DNA of 64,000 nt from Candidatus Omnitrophota bacterium (GTDB lineage Bacteria > Omnitrophota > Gorgyraeia > Gygaellales > Profunditerraquicolaceae): positions 518,379 through 582,378 of the forward strand of contig JBAZTA010000001.1 of NCBI GenBank assembly GCA_041662125.1, written 5' to 3'. Within the stretch, counting starts at the first letter, position 1, and each line of letters opens with the position of its first letter. The notes beneath the pieces were generated by a model that saw only the letters and a list, made by a program, of their open reading frames with translations, ran no database searches and had not been told where the DNA came from. A program made the position numbers and the translations under genes. Positions 28,729 through 40,585 of this stretch are shown here, piece by piece.

Positions 28729-29721
28729 CTATTTCTTCATCCAGGGCATCATTTCCCGCAGCTGTCTGCCTACTTTTTCAATCTGGTGGTCATCGCCTGC
28801 CTTTAATAAACCGTTAAAACGAACCCTGCCTGTTTCATTCTCCTTGATCCACTCTTTGGCAAATTTGCCTTTCTGGATCTCCTTAAGGATCTTCTTCATT
28901 TCTTTTCTGGTCTTCTCGGTAATCACCCTCGGGCCTCTCGATAAATCTCCGTAACAAGCAGTATTAGAAACCCGGCGGCGCATTCCTGAAATACCATATT
29001 CCTGAATTAAATCAGTAATGAGTTTTAATTCATGCAAGACTTCAAAATAAGCGATTTCAGGCTGATATCCGGCTTCAACTAATGTATCAAACCCGGCCTT
29101 GATCAATTCACTGACCCCTCCGCATAAAACAGCCTGTTCGCCAAAAAGGTCGGTTTCTGTTTCTTCTTTAAACGTGGTCTCAATAACGCCGGCTTTTGTG
29201 GCACGAAGCGCTTTGGCATATGCCAGAGCGATCTTCAAAGCATTGCCGGTAGCATCCTGGTATATCGCCACTAATGACGGGACACCTTTGCCTTCCTCAT
29301 ACATCCTTCTCACGAGCGCTCCCGGCCCTTTCGGAGCTACCATAAAAACATCAACGTTCTTCGGAGGCTTAATTTGTTTAAAATGAATGTTAAATCCGTG
29401 AGAGAAACAAAGCGCTTTACCTTTTTTTAAATTCGGCTTAATGGATTCCTGATAAACCTTTGCCTGAACATGATCCTGAGTTAATATTTGGATCACATCG
29501 CCGGTTTTAGCTGCTTCTTCCGCGGAAACAGGGCTGAACCCGTCTGACTTAGCCTGTTCGAAATTCGTGGTACCGGCCATTTCAGAAACAACGACCTTAC
29601 AACCGGAATCACGCAAACACAGCGCCTGGCCGCGGCCCTGAATTCCATAGCCGATAATCGCCACGGTCTTATCTTTTAACATATTCAGATCTGCATCGTT
29701 ATCATAATATACTTTAATCAT
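28729..29721 (-). CDS. ilvC: Ketol-acid reductoisomerase
   Basis: [21 protein letters not shown] Rossmann region and full-length KARI similarity. The start is likely the MIKVYY Met. Confidence 0.93.
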   Translation of the reverse strand: MIKVYYDNDADLNMLKDKTVAIIGYGIQGRGQALCLRDSGCKVVVSEMAGTTNFEQAKSDGFSPVSAEEAAKTGDVIQILTQDHVQAKVYQESIKPNLKKGKALCFSHGFNIHFKQIKPPKNVDVFMVAPKGPGALVRRMYEEGKGVPSLVAIYQDATGNALKIALAYAKALRATKAGVIETTFKEETETDLFGEQAVLCGGVSELIKAGFDTLVEAGYQPEIAYFEVLHELKLITDLIQEYGISGMRRRVSNTACYGDLSRGPRVITEKTRKEMKKILKEIQKGKFAKEWIKENETGRVRFNGLLKAGDDHQIEKVGRQLREMMPWMKK

Positions 29722-29809
29722 TTTTTTCCTTTCTGTACTCAGGCTCAAACAATTGTTAAGACAAACCTTATACCATGCATACCGTGTACGAACGAATTAA
29801 CCTTGTTTT

Positions 29810-31246
29810 CTATACTATTTCGGAAAATATTTCTACTATTCTCTTATCATAACGCACACCAATATATTTCCGTAATTCTTCTTTGGCGACATCAGCACTA
29901 AACCCTTTACGATACGGACGGTCAGTTGTCATCGCGTCAAAACTATCCGTCACCGCAAGTATTTTTGCCTCCAGAGGGATCTGGCTGTCTTTTAATTTAT
30001 CAGGATAGCCGCTTCCATCCATCCATTCATGGTGCCCCCGGATAATACTACAGAGACGGGCAAGTGAACGTACCGGCTTTACAATCCCCTCACCGATCAC
30101 CGGATGCTTGCGCATCATATCCATTTCTTCGTCAGACAAAGAACTTGATTTCCGCAAGATATCATCGGTAATTCCGATCTTCCCAATATCATGGAGTTCT
30201 GCCGCATCCTTTATATTCTTGATCGTATCAGCATCCAAACCCAATTTCTCCGCTATTTTAACCGAATATTGAGAAACCCGGTCGGAATGGCCACGGCTGT
30301 AATGATCCCGCGCCTCGACCGCCATTGCCAACGCAGAAATTGTTTCCAAATACGTCTTCTCCGCGTCCAAATGAAGCCTGTCATTCTCAACAGCGATCGC
30401 TGTCTGAGAAGCAAGGTTTGAGATAATTAATAACTCATCTTCCGCGAAACTTCCTCCCGTGATCCTGCCGGACACCAATAAAACTCCGATCACCCTGTCC
30501 TGATACAACATTGGCGAACACAGTAACGGAGGGCTAAAGATATCATCGTCAGACTGATTACTTATTTTCTGTAACGCAGGGACTAAAAGCGGCTTTTTAT
30601 GTTTTGCCACCCAACCAGGAACTTCTTCTCCGACTTTTAAACGGATGTCTTCAACATTTCTGCCTATTCCGGAAATATTTTTGAGGTATAACTCTTGTTT
30701 TTCTTCATCAAGCAACATCAAAACGCCAACCCGGGCATCTAAAGCATTAGCAGTTATTTCGACGATCAATTCTAAAAAAGTATCAATGGTCTGCAGCGAA
30801 GTCATCCCTACTGCCAGTTTTGACAACACATACTGCATGGTCCGCTTAGAAGCCTCAAGGCGCGTAATATTGCCTTCCAAATTCTTAGTAGCTTCGCTGA
30901 ATGCCCTGGTCAGTTGCGTGATCTCGTTTTCATCGATAGACGCAGGATTTGCCAACCCGGGAATATCTTTTACAAGGCTTTTGGTTGCCTGCTGCGTCAA
31001 CACCTGGATCTTCATGATTGATTTACGCATGGCAAAAAAACCCACTAATGCCCCCGGCCCAAGAAAAACAATAAGCATAAAAAATGTATTTTCATCCAGA
31101 GTAATCTTTCCCGTTGACCTAAACTGCCAAAACAAATAAACGATCACTAAAAACGGAACGAGAGACATAACGATAAAAAGGATCGAGAACTTATGTATCA
31201 AAGGGGCATTTTCTATCGATGAAACCAGCCTGATTTTCGCGCTCAT
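29810..31246 (-). CDS. Membrane-anchored GAF-domain HD-GYP phosphodiesterase (c-di-GMP)
   Basis: Two N-terminal TMs, a GAF region, and HD ... HHEWMDGSGYPD (HD-GYP signature). Confidence 0.85.
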   Translation of the reverse strand: MSAKIRLVSSIENAPLIHKFSILFIVMSLVPFLVIVYLFWQFRSTGKITLDENTFFMLIVFLGPGALVGFFAMRKSIMKIQVLTQQATKSLVKDIPGLANPASIDENEITQLTRAFSEATKNLEGNITRLEASKRTMQYVLSKLAVGMTSLQTIDTFLELIVEITANALDARVGVLMLLDEEKQELYLKNISGIGRNVEDIRLKVGEEVPGWVAKHKKPLLVPALQKISNQSDDDIFSPPLLCSPMLYQDRVIGVLLVSGRITGGSFAEDELLIISNLASQTAIAVENDRLHLDAEKTYLETISALAMAVEARDHYSRGHSDRVSQYSVKIAEKLGLDADTIKNIKDAAELHDIGKIGITDDILRKSSSLSDEEMDMMRKHPVIGEGIVKPVRSLARLCSIIRGHHEWMDGSGYPDKLKDSQIPLEAKILAVTDSFDAMTTDRPYRKGFSADVAKEELRKYIGVRYDKRIVEIFSEIV

Positions 31247-31247
31247 A

Positions 31248-31724
31248 CTACTCGACTCCGATCGCTAACCGCCCTGTCCTGACAAGTTCCTGTATGCCAT
31301 AGGGGCTTAATAACTCAAGCAACTGTTTAATCTGCACCTGATCCCCCACCGCTTCTATAATTGCCGTATTAGCTTTACCACGAACAAGTTGAGCGACAAA
31401 CTTATTCAAAACGGCTTCCAATTTATTCTTATCTTTTAAGGAATAGGTAATTCTCACTAAAATCAGCTCGCGGTCAACATGCTCTTTTTTGGTATAATCG
31501 GTTACCTTAACCACATCGATCAATTTATTAAGCTGCTTCTTGATCTGCTCTAAAACAGCCTCATCTTTGGCATCTACGATGATCGTCATATAAGAAGTCA
31601 ACGGATCAAGCGTTTCACTGACCGCTAAAGAAGCGATATTATATCCGCGCGCGCTAAACAATCCCGCCACACGCGCCAGGACTCCGAACTTGTTTTCGAC
31701 TAATACTGATATAGTGTGTTTCAT
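31248..31724 (-). CDS. ilvN: Acetolactate synthase small (regulatory) subunit
   Basis: ACT domain start ISVLVENKFGVLARVAGLFSARGYNI. Confidence 0.92.
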   Translation of the reverse strand: MKHTISVLVENKFGVLARVAGLFSARGYNIASLAVSETLDPLTSYMTIIVDAKDEAVLEQIKKQLNKLIDVVKVTDYTKKEHVDRELILVRITYSLKDKNKLEAVLNKFVAQLVRGKANTAIIEAVGDQVQIKQLLELLSPYGIQELVRTGRLAIGVE

Positions 31725-31750
31725 TCGCCGCTACCTCTCCCGTAAAACAA

Positions 31751-33415
31751 TTATGCCAAGCCTTCGATCATCCGATTAATCGCTTCACCCGCAGGAACCA
31801 TAGGGAAAACATTCTCTTCCGGTTCCACGACAAAATCAATAAAGACGGTATTATCGATAGAAATTGCTTTCTCAATTGCTTTACGCACATCTTCTTTTTT
31901 AGTGACACGAATACCTACCGCGCCATAACTTTCCGCCAATTTCACAAAATCAGGAGAACTAATACAAACATGAGAATAGCGCCTTTTATAAAAAAGCTCC
32001 TGCCACTGCCGCACCATTCCTAAATACCCATTGTTAAGGATAGCGACCTTCACATTTATTTTATTGTACACGCAGGTAGCCAGCTCCTGGATATTCATCT
32101 GGATCGAACCGTCACCGGCAATATCAATAACCGTTCTCTCAGGATTGCCCATTTTAGCCCCCATCGCCGCAGGGAATCCAAACCCCATAGTCCCCAGTCC
32201 GCCGGAAGAAACAAAAGTACGCGGATGGTCGTATTTATACCACTGCGCAGCCCACATCTGATTCTGGCCGACTTCGGTAGTAATGATCGCATCTCCCTTG
32301 GTAACCGCATAGATCTGTTCGACCACATATTGAGGTTTCAATTTACCATCATCCTTATAGCGTAAGGGAAACTTCTTTTTTAATGCCTCAATAGACTTAA
32401 GCCATTCTGTCGTATCAGGGAGTTTCTTAAGCTGTTCAACGATCTCCCCCAGTATATTCTTAGCGTCCCCTACGATCGGCACATCGACCCGTATATTCTT
32501 ACTGATAGAAGAAGGATCAATATCAATATGGATGATCTTTGCATGAGGAGCGAATGTATCAGTCCTTCCGGTAACACGGTCATCAAACCGAGCGCCCACC
32601 GCAATGATCAGATCCGAATCCATTACTGCGTGATTAGCGTAGGCGGTCCCATGCATGCCCAGCATCCCCAGAGATAATTTATGCGTCGCCGGGAATCCCC
32701 CGATACCCATCAATGTCCAGGTAACCGGCGCCTTGATTTTCTCAGCCAATGCCCGTAACACCAGATGAGCGCCGCTGGAAATAATCCCTCCGCCGGCGTA
32801 AATAAGCGGTTTCTTAGCTTGCGAGATCAATTGCGCGGCTTTCTTTATTTGTCCCGGGTGCCCAAAATACGTGGGCTTATAACTACGCAGATCCACCACC
32901 TCAGGCCAGACAAAAACTGAGTCCTGCATCTGAATATCTGATGGAATATCGATCACCACCGGCCCCGGCCTTCCGGTGGAGGCAATATAAAAAGCTTCCC
33001 GGACTATACGGGCCAAATCTAAAACATCCTTAACCAAATAATTATGCTTAGTGATCGGGCGTGTAATACCGGTGACATCGGCTTCCTGAAATGCGTCATT
33101 ACCAATAAGAAAAGATTTCACCTGGCCGGTAATAGCCACCAAAGGAATAGAATCCATATAGGCGTTAGCAATACCGGTAATCAGGTTTGTCGCGCCGGGG
33201 CCGGAAGTAGCCAAACACACGCCTGTTTTACCCGTGGCACGCGCGTAACCGTCAGCCGCGTGCACCGCTCCCTGTTCATGGCGGGTAAGGATAAACTTTA
33301 TATCAGCATCATAGAGTTTATCAAAAATAGGCAGCACCTGTCCTCCGGGATAGCCAAACATCACTTCTACCCCTTCACGTTTTAAACATTCTATTAATAT
33401 CTGGGCACCTATCAT
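31751..33415 (-). CDS. ilvB: Acetolactate synthase large subunit
   Basis: TPP enzyme with GYPGG...H and GDGSIQMNIQEL motifs, 554 aa. Confidence 0.93.
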   Translation of the reverse strand: MIGAQILIECLKREGVEVMFGYPGGQVLPIFDKLYDADIKFILTRHEQGAVHAADGYARATGKTGVCLATSGPGATNLITGIANAYMDSIPLVAITGQVKSFLIGNDAFQEADVTGITRPITKHNYLVKDVLDLARIVREAFYIASTGRPGPVVIDIPSDIQMQDSVFVWPEVVDLRSYKPTYFGHPGQIKKAAQLISQAKKPLIYAGGGIISSGAHLVLRALAEKIKAPVTWTLMGIGGFPATHKLSLGMLGMHGTAYANHAVMDSDLIIAVGARFDDRVTGRTDTFAPHAKIIHIDIDPSSISKNIRVDVPIVGDAKNILGEIVEQLKKLPDTTEWLKSIEALKKKFPLRYKDDGKLKPQYVVEQIYAVTKGDAIITTEVGQNQMWAAQWYKYDHPRTFVSSGGLGTMGFGFPAAMGAKMGNPERTVIDIAGDGSIQMNIQELATCVYNKINVKVAILNNGYLGMVRQWQELFYKRRYSHVCISSPDFVKLAESYGAVGIRVTKKEDVRKAIEKAISIDNTVFIDFVVEPEENVFPMVPAGEAINRMIEGLA

Positions 33416-33497
33416 TTTTCAACTCAAAAGTCAAAAGCCAACATACCTTGACTTTTTACTCTTGCTTTCTTGCCCCGAGCTTGTCGGGGGATCACTA

Positions 33498-35174
33498 TTA
33501 ACTTAAAACTGCGCCTTTATCCGCCGAACTGACCATCCGTGAATAACGAGAAAGATATCCTCGGGTAATCTTAGGCGGGACAGGTTTCCAAGACTTGAAC
33601 CGTTTTTCAATTTCCTGTTTACTTAATGCAACTTCTAATCTTCTTTTGGGTATATCAATAATTATTATATCATCGTTTTTCAGAATCGCAAGAGGTCCCC
33701 GTGCAGACGCTTCGGGAGAAATGTGGCCGATGCAGGGGCCTTTGGTCCCGCCGGAAAATCTACCGTCAGTAATAAGGGCAACACTATCCTCTAAGCCCAT
33801 GCCGACGATCGCAGCAGTCGGCGCAAGCATCTCACGCATACCCGGCCCGCCGCTGGGGCCTTCATAACGGATAACGATCACTTCTCCGCCTTTTATTTTC
33901 CCGTTAAGAATTGCCGCCATAGCCTCTTCTTCGCGGTTAAAAACACGGGCTTTTCCCTGGAACTGCATCATCGCCGGGCTTACTGCCGACTGTTTTACCA
34001 CGGCACCATTGGGTGCCAGATTCCCGAATAAGACCGCAATACCTCCCTGCGCATGATATGCTCGGTCAAAGGGACGAATCACTTCTTCATTAAAAATCTC
34101 AGCGCTGTCGGCAATACTGAATATTTTCTTGCCGCTTAATGTCAGCGTATTATTCAACTTGCTTTTTAAACGCTTCAAAACCGCGGGTATCCCGCCTGCA
34201 TATTCCACATCTTCCATGAAATACGGGCCCGCCGGCTCGAGGTTCGTGATGTGGGGAACTTCTTTGCTGATCTTATCAAACGCCTTCAACCCCAGAGGTA
34301 TTCCAGCCTCATGGCTTATCGCCATCAAATGCAAGATCGTATTACTGGAACCTCCCAGCGCCATATCAACAACGATGGCGTTATGGAGAGATTCTTCAGA
34401 AATAATATCCAACGGCTTAATATCTTTTTTCACCAGTTCTACGATACGCTCCCCGCTTTCACTTGCGATCCGTCGTTTCTTGGCGGAAACTGCCAAGGCT
34501 GTCGCGCAGCCGGGCAGCGACATACCTAAGGTTTCAGTAAGGCAAGCCATCGTATTAGCCGTATACAACCCCTGGCAGGAACCTGCTCCGGGGCATGCTT
34601 CCATCTCCAGGCAGCGTAACTCTTCTTGAGAGATATCGCCCTTCTTCGCGCGGGCTAAAGCCTCATACGTATCATGCACAAAAGCAAGCTTGCGTTGTTT
34701 ATAACGGCCTGAGATCATCGGCCCGGCAGTCACTATGATCGCCGGAATATTTAAACGCGTGATACCCATCAGCATTCCGGGAGTGATCTTATCGCAATTA
34801 GTCAGGCAGACAATACCATCGAGCTGATGCGCTTGACAGACCGTTTCAATCGTATCGGCGACGATCTCGCGCAGCGCCATAGGATAACACATCCCCAAAT
34901 GCCCCATCGCGATGCCGTCACATATACCCGGGACTCCGAAGAAAAACGGGACACCCCCTCCATAACAGATACCGCGTTCGATAAACCGTTCTAAATCACG
35001 CATGCCGATATGGCCGGGGATTAAATCGGTAAACGATGTCGCTACCCCGATAAACGGGCGCGCGAGGTCTTTTCTGCTCAACCCCGTCGCATGCAGCAGC
35101 GCGCGATGCGGGACCCGCTCTAAACCAACTTTGATTTTATCACTCCGCATAGGTATCTCCTGGTAGGTTACCAT
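33498..35174 (-). CDS. ilvD: Dihydroxy-acid dehydratase
   Basis: [10 protein letters not shown] and SGGTKG...HISPEA motifs in a 558-aa protein. The start may be the internal MRSDKIK Met. Confidence 0.93.
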   Translation of the reverse strand: MVTYQEIPMRSDKIKVGLERVPHRALLHATGLSRKDLARPFIGVATSFTDLIPGHIGMRDLERFIERGICYGGGVPFFFGVPGICDGIAMGHLGMCYPMALREIVADTIETVCQAHQLDGIVCLTNCDKITPGMLMGITRLNIPAIIVTAGPMISGRYKQRKLAFVHDTYEALARAKKGDISQEELRCLEMEACPGAGSCQGLYTANTMACLTETLGMSLPGCATALAVSAKKRRIASESGERIVELVKKDIKPLDIISEESLHNAIVVDMALGGSSNTILHLMAISHEAGIPLGLKAFDKISKEVPHITNLEPAGPYFMEDVEYAGGIPAVLKRLKSKLNNTLTLSGKKIFSIADSAEIFNEEVIRPFDRAYHAQGGIAVLFGNLAPNGAVVKQSAVSPAMMQFQGKARVFNREEEAMAAILNGKIKGGEVIVIRYEGPSGGPGMREMLAPTAAIVGMGLEDSVALITDGRFSGGTKGPCIGHISPEASARGPLAILKNDDIIIIDIPKRRLEVALSKQEIEKRFKSWKPVPPKITRGYLSRYSRMVSSADKGAVLS

Positions 35175-35185
35175 GGAGGGGCCAA

Positions 35186-36511
35186 CTAATCGGCGCCTTC
35201 TCCATCATGATGCAATTCATCGCCTTGTTTACGCTTACGCACAATCACCCGCTTTAAGGTCACGTATTTATCGATCATTGACTTATTATTGACGGCGCCC
35301 AGCTGTTTAAACAGGAACTCAAACCTGTTCTCTATCTCGCCGGCGATCGCATCCCTGACGGCCTGAGGCAACCCCATGATATCCTTCTTAAACGGCCCTA
35401 ACGCTTTCTTGCGGCTGGTGTAAAAGAATTGCTCATCAGTCTGGCCTTCTTTTCTTTCTGAAGCGGCATTTACTTTAAGCCATTCATAAATTTTGGCTTT
35501 TAGTTCTTTCGGGAAATTTTTGCTGTCATAAATCATATTCTGGAATTCAGTCGCCAGATGCACTTCAGCGGCATCGCAATCCACGAATTTATGAAATGCT
35601 TCTGAAGGCAAGGTTGATGCCCCATGCTGAACAGCCCCTGCCATGTTAAATTCTTTGCGTGCCAGCTCAGAGAGAGTTTTAAGCGTATCAAAATCAAGTT
35701 TTACCTGCGCGATAGTCCCGTCAGGCAATACGACGCCGCCGTGAGAAGTCCCGGTCTGAATGGAGATCTTGCTGATCCCCGTCAGCCCTTTGCGCAAACG
35801 CTCGGTATATCCGTTCATGAACGCGCGCAGATCCTCAGGCGTAGAATTCTTATGGCCTACCTCTCCGATCTCTCCACCGACGGAGACCGTAATGCCTTTA
35901 GGTTCAATGCGGCGGATAAATTGCGTCAATTGAGCGCAAACCTCATAATTATAATATTGCTGTTTTTTTACATCCGCTTTTGAAAGGTCAACTACCGTCG
36001 AGGAGTCGATATCGATGTTATAGAATCCGGCGCCTATTGCGTCGGTGATCAACGACTGGAGGCCTTCGATCTCTTTTTCCTGGTTCTCCTGGAATTTCTT
36101 CGCGTTCACCTGGAAATGGTCGCCCTGGACAAATACCGGGCCGGCATACGACTCTTTGATCGCCGCTGCCAGAATAACCGCTGAATATTCTACCGGAGGC
36201 TGCGCGGTATATCCCATTTCAGACTTAGCTATCTCGAAAATAAACGCCCCCGCGTTATTCTTCTTAGCCACCCTGAATATCGCCCGCGCCAGGTCATAAG
36301 TCATACTGCGCAAATTGATCGCCGGCACGGTAAACCCGCTCATTTCCCCTTTTCCACGCGCCGCGTAAAATTCATGGATACTTGAAAGATAGATCCCTTT
36401 TTTATACGCAAGGTCAGATATTTTCTTTGCGACAACACGCTTGTGCGCCATGTCATCATTCATGATCAGATCCATTACAATTGTATCAATATTCAACGGT
36501 TTTCTTCCCAT
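35186..36511 (-). CDS. fba: Class II fructose-bisphosphate aldolase (long form)
   Basis: Zn-ligand regions [17 protein letters not shown] and VQHGAST align with class II FBA catalytic motifs. Confidence 0.75.
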   Translation of the reverse strand: MGRKPLNIDTIVMDLIMNDDMAHKRVVAKKISDLAYKKGIYLSSIHEFYAARGKGEMSGFTVPAINLRSMTYDLARAIFRVAKKNNAGAFIFEIAKSEMGYTAQPPVEYSAVILAAAIKESYAGPVFVQGDHFQVNAKKFQENQEKEIEGLQSLITDAIGAGFYNIDIDSSTVVDLSKADVKKQQYYNYEVCAQLTQFIRRIEPKGITVSVGGEIGEVGHKNSTPEDLRAFMNGYTERLRKGLTGISKISIQTGTSHGGVVLPDGTIAQVKLDFDTLKTLSELARKEFNMAGAVQHGASTLPSEAFHKFVDCDAAEVHLATEFQNMIYDSKNFPKELKAKIYEWLKVNAASERKEGQTDEQFFYTSRKKALGPFKKDIMGLPQAVRDAIAGEIENRFEFLFKQLGAVNNKSMIDKYVTLKRVIVRKRKQGDELHHDGEGAD

Positions 36512-36547
36512 GTATTCCTCCCTATTTTCACCTTTTTACTTTTTAAC

Positions 36548-37516
36548 TTATGTTAATACTTTAATTAAATTAACCAGCCGGTTAACTTTTAAATCTTTCT
36601 TGGCAATCGCACGCTTAAAGTCAATGGTACCAATTTCACCGTTATTGAGGCTTACTGCTTTATCTTTCTGGCCTTGTAACAAAGAATCAACCGCTGCTTT
36701 TCCTAAGATCAGTGCCAGCGTCCTGCTATAGGCGGTAGGGCGGCCCCCCCGCTGGATATGGCCCAAGACAACCGCGCGTGCTTCAAGGCTTGTGATCTGG
36801 TTTATTTGCTTTGCTATATCAGGAGCCGACCCTGCTCCTTCAGCAACAACTATGATCCAGCTTATTTTACCCCGTAAATTCCCTTCAACGATCTCATGGC
36901 AGATCTCCTCCAGATCAAATTCCTGTTCAGGGATCAAAGCCCTTTCACAACCGCCTGCCAAAGCAACCTGGAGAGCGATAAAACCGGACCCCCTGCCCAT
37001 AACTTCAACGACAAAAACCCGTTCCATAGAGGTCGCCGTATCACGGATATTATCAATCGCCAAAAGCGCGGTATTGACCGCAGTATCAGATCCTATAGTT
37101 ACATCAATGCCACGTATATCATTATCTATAGAAGCCGGGACACCAATACAAGGAACTTTATATTTTTTATAAAAACTGTGGGCCCCGGCAAATGAACCAT
37201 TGCCTCCGATAACAATAAAACCATCGATCTTATGCTTTTGAATAGTGTCATACGCCCGCTTCTGCCCACCAGAAGTATGAAACTCAGGGCAGCGCGCTGT
37301 CTTTAAGATCGTCCCCCCTAAATTAATGATCCCCGATACCGCGCGATGATCCATCATTTTGAGGTCATCATTGATCAACCCCGCATAACCGCGCGAAACA
37401 CCCACCACTTCCAAGTTTTTATTGAGCGCGCTGCGCACCACACTACGGATTGCCGCGTTCATCCCCGGCGCGTCTCCTCCGGTTGTTAAGACTGCGATCT
37501 TTTTTATCGGCACCAT
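36548..37516 (-). CDS. pfkA: ATP-dependent 6-phosphofructokinase
   Basis: KKIAVLTTGGDAPGMNAAIRSVV, MGR and GHIQRGG motifs. Confidence 0.93.
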   Translation of the reverse strand: MVPIKKIAVLTTGGDAPGMNAAIRSVVRSALNKNLEVVGVSRGYAGLINDDLKMMDHRAVSGIINLGGTILKTARCPEFHTSGGQKRAYDTIQKHKIDGFIVIGGNGSFAGAHSFYKKYKVPCIGVPASIDNDIRGIDVTIGSDTAVNTALLAIDNIRDTATSMERVFVVEVMGRGSGFIALQVALAGGCERALIPEQEFDLEEICHEIVEGNLRGKISWIIVVAEGAGSAPDIAKQINQITSLEARAVVLGHIQRGGRPTAYSRTLALILGKAAVDSLLQGQKDKAVSLNNGEIGTIDFKRAIAKKDLKVNRLVNLIKVLT

Positions 37517-37538
37517 TCCCTCCGATTACACCACTCTT

Positions 37539-39227
37539 TTATAATCCTTCAACCTGCATATCGCGCGGATGCTCGACGATGTAATTCGACAGTATTTCTT
37601 TCTTGGCTTTCGGCTCTAACTCCAACTCCCAGAGCCAGACACCTTTTCTGTCCTGCCAGTTCTTTTCTTTCGGCTCCGCTGAAACCTGCCCGAGCTTAAC
37701 CTTGATCCGGTCATCTTCAGAAACAGGCATCGCCTCGAACAATTTAACTTTTATTTTTTTCGATTTATAATTTTCTACTGTCAGCTTATATTTAAATGTG
37801 GTTTTACGCGTCGGCGACAGGATCCCTCCGATCATGGTCTCATCGACTTTTTTCTCAATCTGCTCGCGTTTTACCTTCACATTCTCATCAACACCCAAAT
37901 AAAGGTCAAATTCTTCCTGTGGCCCGGTAGCGCCCAAATTGGAAGTACCGACAAAATCACCATCTAAAAAAATATTTACTCTGCCGGCAAGGAGCTGCAG
38001 ATCCTTCGCATTCGTGACCCGGCTTCCCAAATAAGCAGCAGGTATACTACGCGGATAGGTGGAATATTCAAAATCCGCTTTCAACACTTGTGAAGAAACC
38101 GCCAATTTATGGTCTGAACCGTCGGATTTAATACTGGCTTTCTGGGGCAATGTATAAACCACTGCCACGCCTTTTTCTTCTGCCACGGCGTAAGCAACTT
38201 CATTCTTCATTTTTTGTAATCCCCCGACCGCACCATCTTCCCCTAATTTTTCATCGCTTTCAAAAGCGCTCATTTGCATCGTAGGAGCCATCGCATCCAT
38301 CTTTCTGGCGCGTTGTTCAAAATGCAGCTGAAGCGGCCGCAATACCCAAGGGCTCACATACGGAAGATTTCCTCCTATAGACGGCTTTGCCGTTGACAAA
38401 ACGATATCAACATCCTGCCAATCTTCCCCGGTATTCTGCTTAATGATCCCGAACGACACTAACTCTACTTCTGAGTTCTGAAAGTTTGCCCGAGCATCGT
38501 AAATCGGCTGCCAGGAAGCGCCATTGACCAAATACGACAAGTTTAGAATAACAACCCCCTGTTTCAAAACCTGGACATCAACCACGATCGAACGCTTCAG
38601 TTTTTGCACCGGCCCTGCTATCTGCGCCAATTCTCTCTTTAAAGCATCGATCTTCAAAGAAACATCCCGCAGTTTGATCTCGCAATCCATGACCAAAGAA
38701 ATGTTTTCTTTTAACTTTATATCAAGGAACTTTAAGGTATCATCTAAATCTTTAACCGAAGGCATTTTAGTGATCAGATCTTTCGGCAATTGCTCCCGCG
38801 AGAAAAAACGCAACGAATCCAGAAAACTTTTTTCTTCCTGGAAGACATTTTTAAGGTCAGCTACCCCTGCACGTTCATCTTCTAACTTTTGGATTTCATC
38901 CTGCAGTTGTTTTATCCGCTCGGAAGGAGTTTCTTTAAGGAATTCTTTCTTAAGCTGAGCGCCTAATATCCTGACCGTAGCTTTTCCCTCTTCGGTGATC
39001 CTGAGAGAATTTTCATCGACGTTGGGAATGATATTAGGGAATACGACTTTGTATTCTCCGGGATTTAAGGAAAGCTGTGCCTGACGGGTCAACAAGGCCT
39101 GCCCGGGATAAATCATTACCCGGGTAATCCGGGAATCCGCTTCAATTTCAGCGGCAAAACAATAGCCTGTAAAGACAGACATGAGTAAAGCGAGTATCGC
39201 TACAGAAATACCCTTTTGCTTGCGCAT
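37539..39227 (-). CDS. Secreted DUF4140/DUF4139-like (MuiA-family) protein with a central coiled coil
   Basis: Signal peptide MRKQKGISVAILALLMSVFTGYCFA and a coiled-coil middle. The family assignment comes from recalled architecture and carries only moderate confidence. Confidence 0.55.
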   Translation of the reverse strand: MRKQKGISVAILALLMSVFTGYCFAAEIEADSRITRVMIYPGQALLTRQAQLSLNPGEYKVVFPNIIPNVDENSLRITEEGKATVRILGAQLKKEFLKETPSERIKQLQDEIQKLEDERAGVADLKNVFQEEKSFLDSLRFFSREQLPKDLITKMPSVKDLDDTLKFLDIKLKENISLVMDCEIKLRDVSLKIDALKRELAQIAGPVQKLKRSIVVDVQVLKQGVVILNLSYLVNGASWQPIYDARANFQNSEVELVSFGIIKQNTGEDWQDVDIVLSTAKPSIGGNLPYVSPWVLRPLQLHFEQRARKMDAMAPTMQMSAFESDEKLGEDGAVGGLQKMKNEVAYAVAEEKGVAVVYTLPQKASIKSDGSDHKLAVSSQVLKADFEYSTYPRSIPAAYLGSRVTNAKDLQLLAGRVNIFLDGDFVGTSNLGATGPQEEFDLYLGVDENVKVKREQIEKKVDETMIGGILSPTRKTTFKYKLTVENYKSKKIKVKLFEAMPVSEDDRIKVKLGQVSAEPKEKNWQDRKGVWLWELELEPKAKKEILSNYIVEHPRDMQVEGL

Positions 39228-39263
39228 ACACTCCTCCCCTTTTTTTTAAACCCGACCCGTCAC

Positions 39264-40520
39264 CTACGTCCCCATCTCCCAGCTTGATAAATATTTCTTT
39301 TGCTCTTGAGTCAAAGTATCAATCCTGACTCCCATTGACTTTAATTTCAACCGGGCAATATTGGTATCGATATCTTGAGGGACCCCATAAACTTTATTCT
39401 CTAATTTCTTATAATTTTTGCTGATATATTCAGCGCTGAACGCCTGATTGGCAAAAGACATATCCATGACACTTGCAGGATGGCCCTCTGCTGCCGCAAG
39501 ATTAATTAACCGGCCTTCCCCCAAAAGATAAATCCTGCGCCCGTCTTTAAGCGTATATTCATCAACAAAATCGCGTATCATCCTTTTGTGCTTCGCGAGG
39601 CTTTCTAACCCGGGGATATCGATCTCAACATTAAAATGCCCGGAGTTAGAGACTATCGCCCCATCTTTCATGGTTTGGAAATGTTCTTTACGGATAACAT
39701 TAATATCGCCGGTGACCGTCACAAAAATATCTCCGATCTTAGCAGCATCTTTAATAGGCATGACCCCAAACCCATCCATGACAGCTTCAATAGCTTTTAA
39801 CGCCGAAACTTCCACCACAACAACATTGGCACCCATGCCTTTGGCGCGCATGGCAACACCTCTGCCGCACCAACCGTAACCGCTGACCACGACCGTACTG
39901 CCGGCTATTAATTTATTGGTCGCGCGGACTATGCCATCGATGGTCGACTGTCCCGTCCCGTAACGATTATCAAAAAAATGCTTAGTCTGGGCGTCATTAA
40001 CGGCGATGATAGGATAACGCAGCTTTCCTTCTTCTGCTAACGCCCTCAGGCGGATGACACCGGTTGTCGTTTCTTCGGTCCCGCCGATAATATTGCTATG
40101 CACCGCAGGATCACGCTTATGAATAGAACTGACAAGGTCAGCCCCGTCATCCATGGTCATCTCAGGTTTTATTCCTAAGGCCGCTTCCATATGTTTATAA
40201 TACGTCGAGGTATCTTCCCCTTTAATGGAAAACACAGCGATCTTAAGATCTTGCGCTAAAGAAGCAGCGACATCATCCTGTGTCGATAATGGATTAGACG
40301 CGCAGAGAGCAAGCTGGGCACCTCCGGCTTTTAAGACTTCCATTAAAACAGCAGTCTCGGTAGTCACATGTAAACAACAGGCGACTTTTAATCCGGCAAG
40401 CGGCTTTTCTTTCTTAAAACGCTCGGCAATAAGCTTTAAAACAGGCATATTGTTACGCGCCCATTCAATCCGTAACGCGCCTTTTTTCGCCAACTTCATA
40501 TCTTTAACATCATATTTCAT
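39264..40520 (-). CDS. ahcY: Adenosylhomocysteinase
   Basis: 418 aa with an NAD-binding [14 protein letters not shown] motif and full-length SAHH similarity. Confidence 0.93.
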   Translation of the reverse strand: MKYDVKDMKLAKKGALRIEWARNNMPVLKLIAERFKKEKPLAGLKVACCLHVTTETAVLMEVLKAGGAQLALCASNPLSTQDDVAASLAQDLKIAVFSIKGEDTSTYYKHMEAALGIKPEMTMDDGADLVSSIHKRDPAVHSNIIGGTEETTTGVIRLRALAEEGKLRYPIIAVNDAQTKHFFDNRYGTGQSTIDGIVRATNKLIAGSTVVVSGYGWCGRGVAMRAKGMGANVVVVEVSALKAIEAVMDGFGVMPIKDAAKIGDIFVTVTGDINVIRKEHFQTMKDGAIVSNSGHFNVEIDIPGLESLAKHKRMIRDFVDEYTLKDGRRIYLLGEGRLINLAAAEGHPASVMDMSFANQAFSAEYISKNYKKLENKVYGVPQDIDTNIARLKLKSMGVRIDTLTQEQKKYLSSWEMGT

Positions 40521-40585
40521 ACGAGCTCCCTTTTAAGTATAGTATTAGAATGATACGGGTTAATGGTCAATGGACCCGGAATTCT

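Noticed and set aside
35624-35983. Numerous antisense ORFs of 60-180 aa on the plus strand within long minus-strand genes (for example 35624-35983, 39586-39879, 43173-43610, 60722-60964)
   Set aside because: They are fully embedded opposite well-supported conserved genes, and have no RBS or homology. They are typical shadow ORFs.
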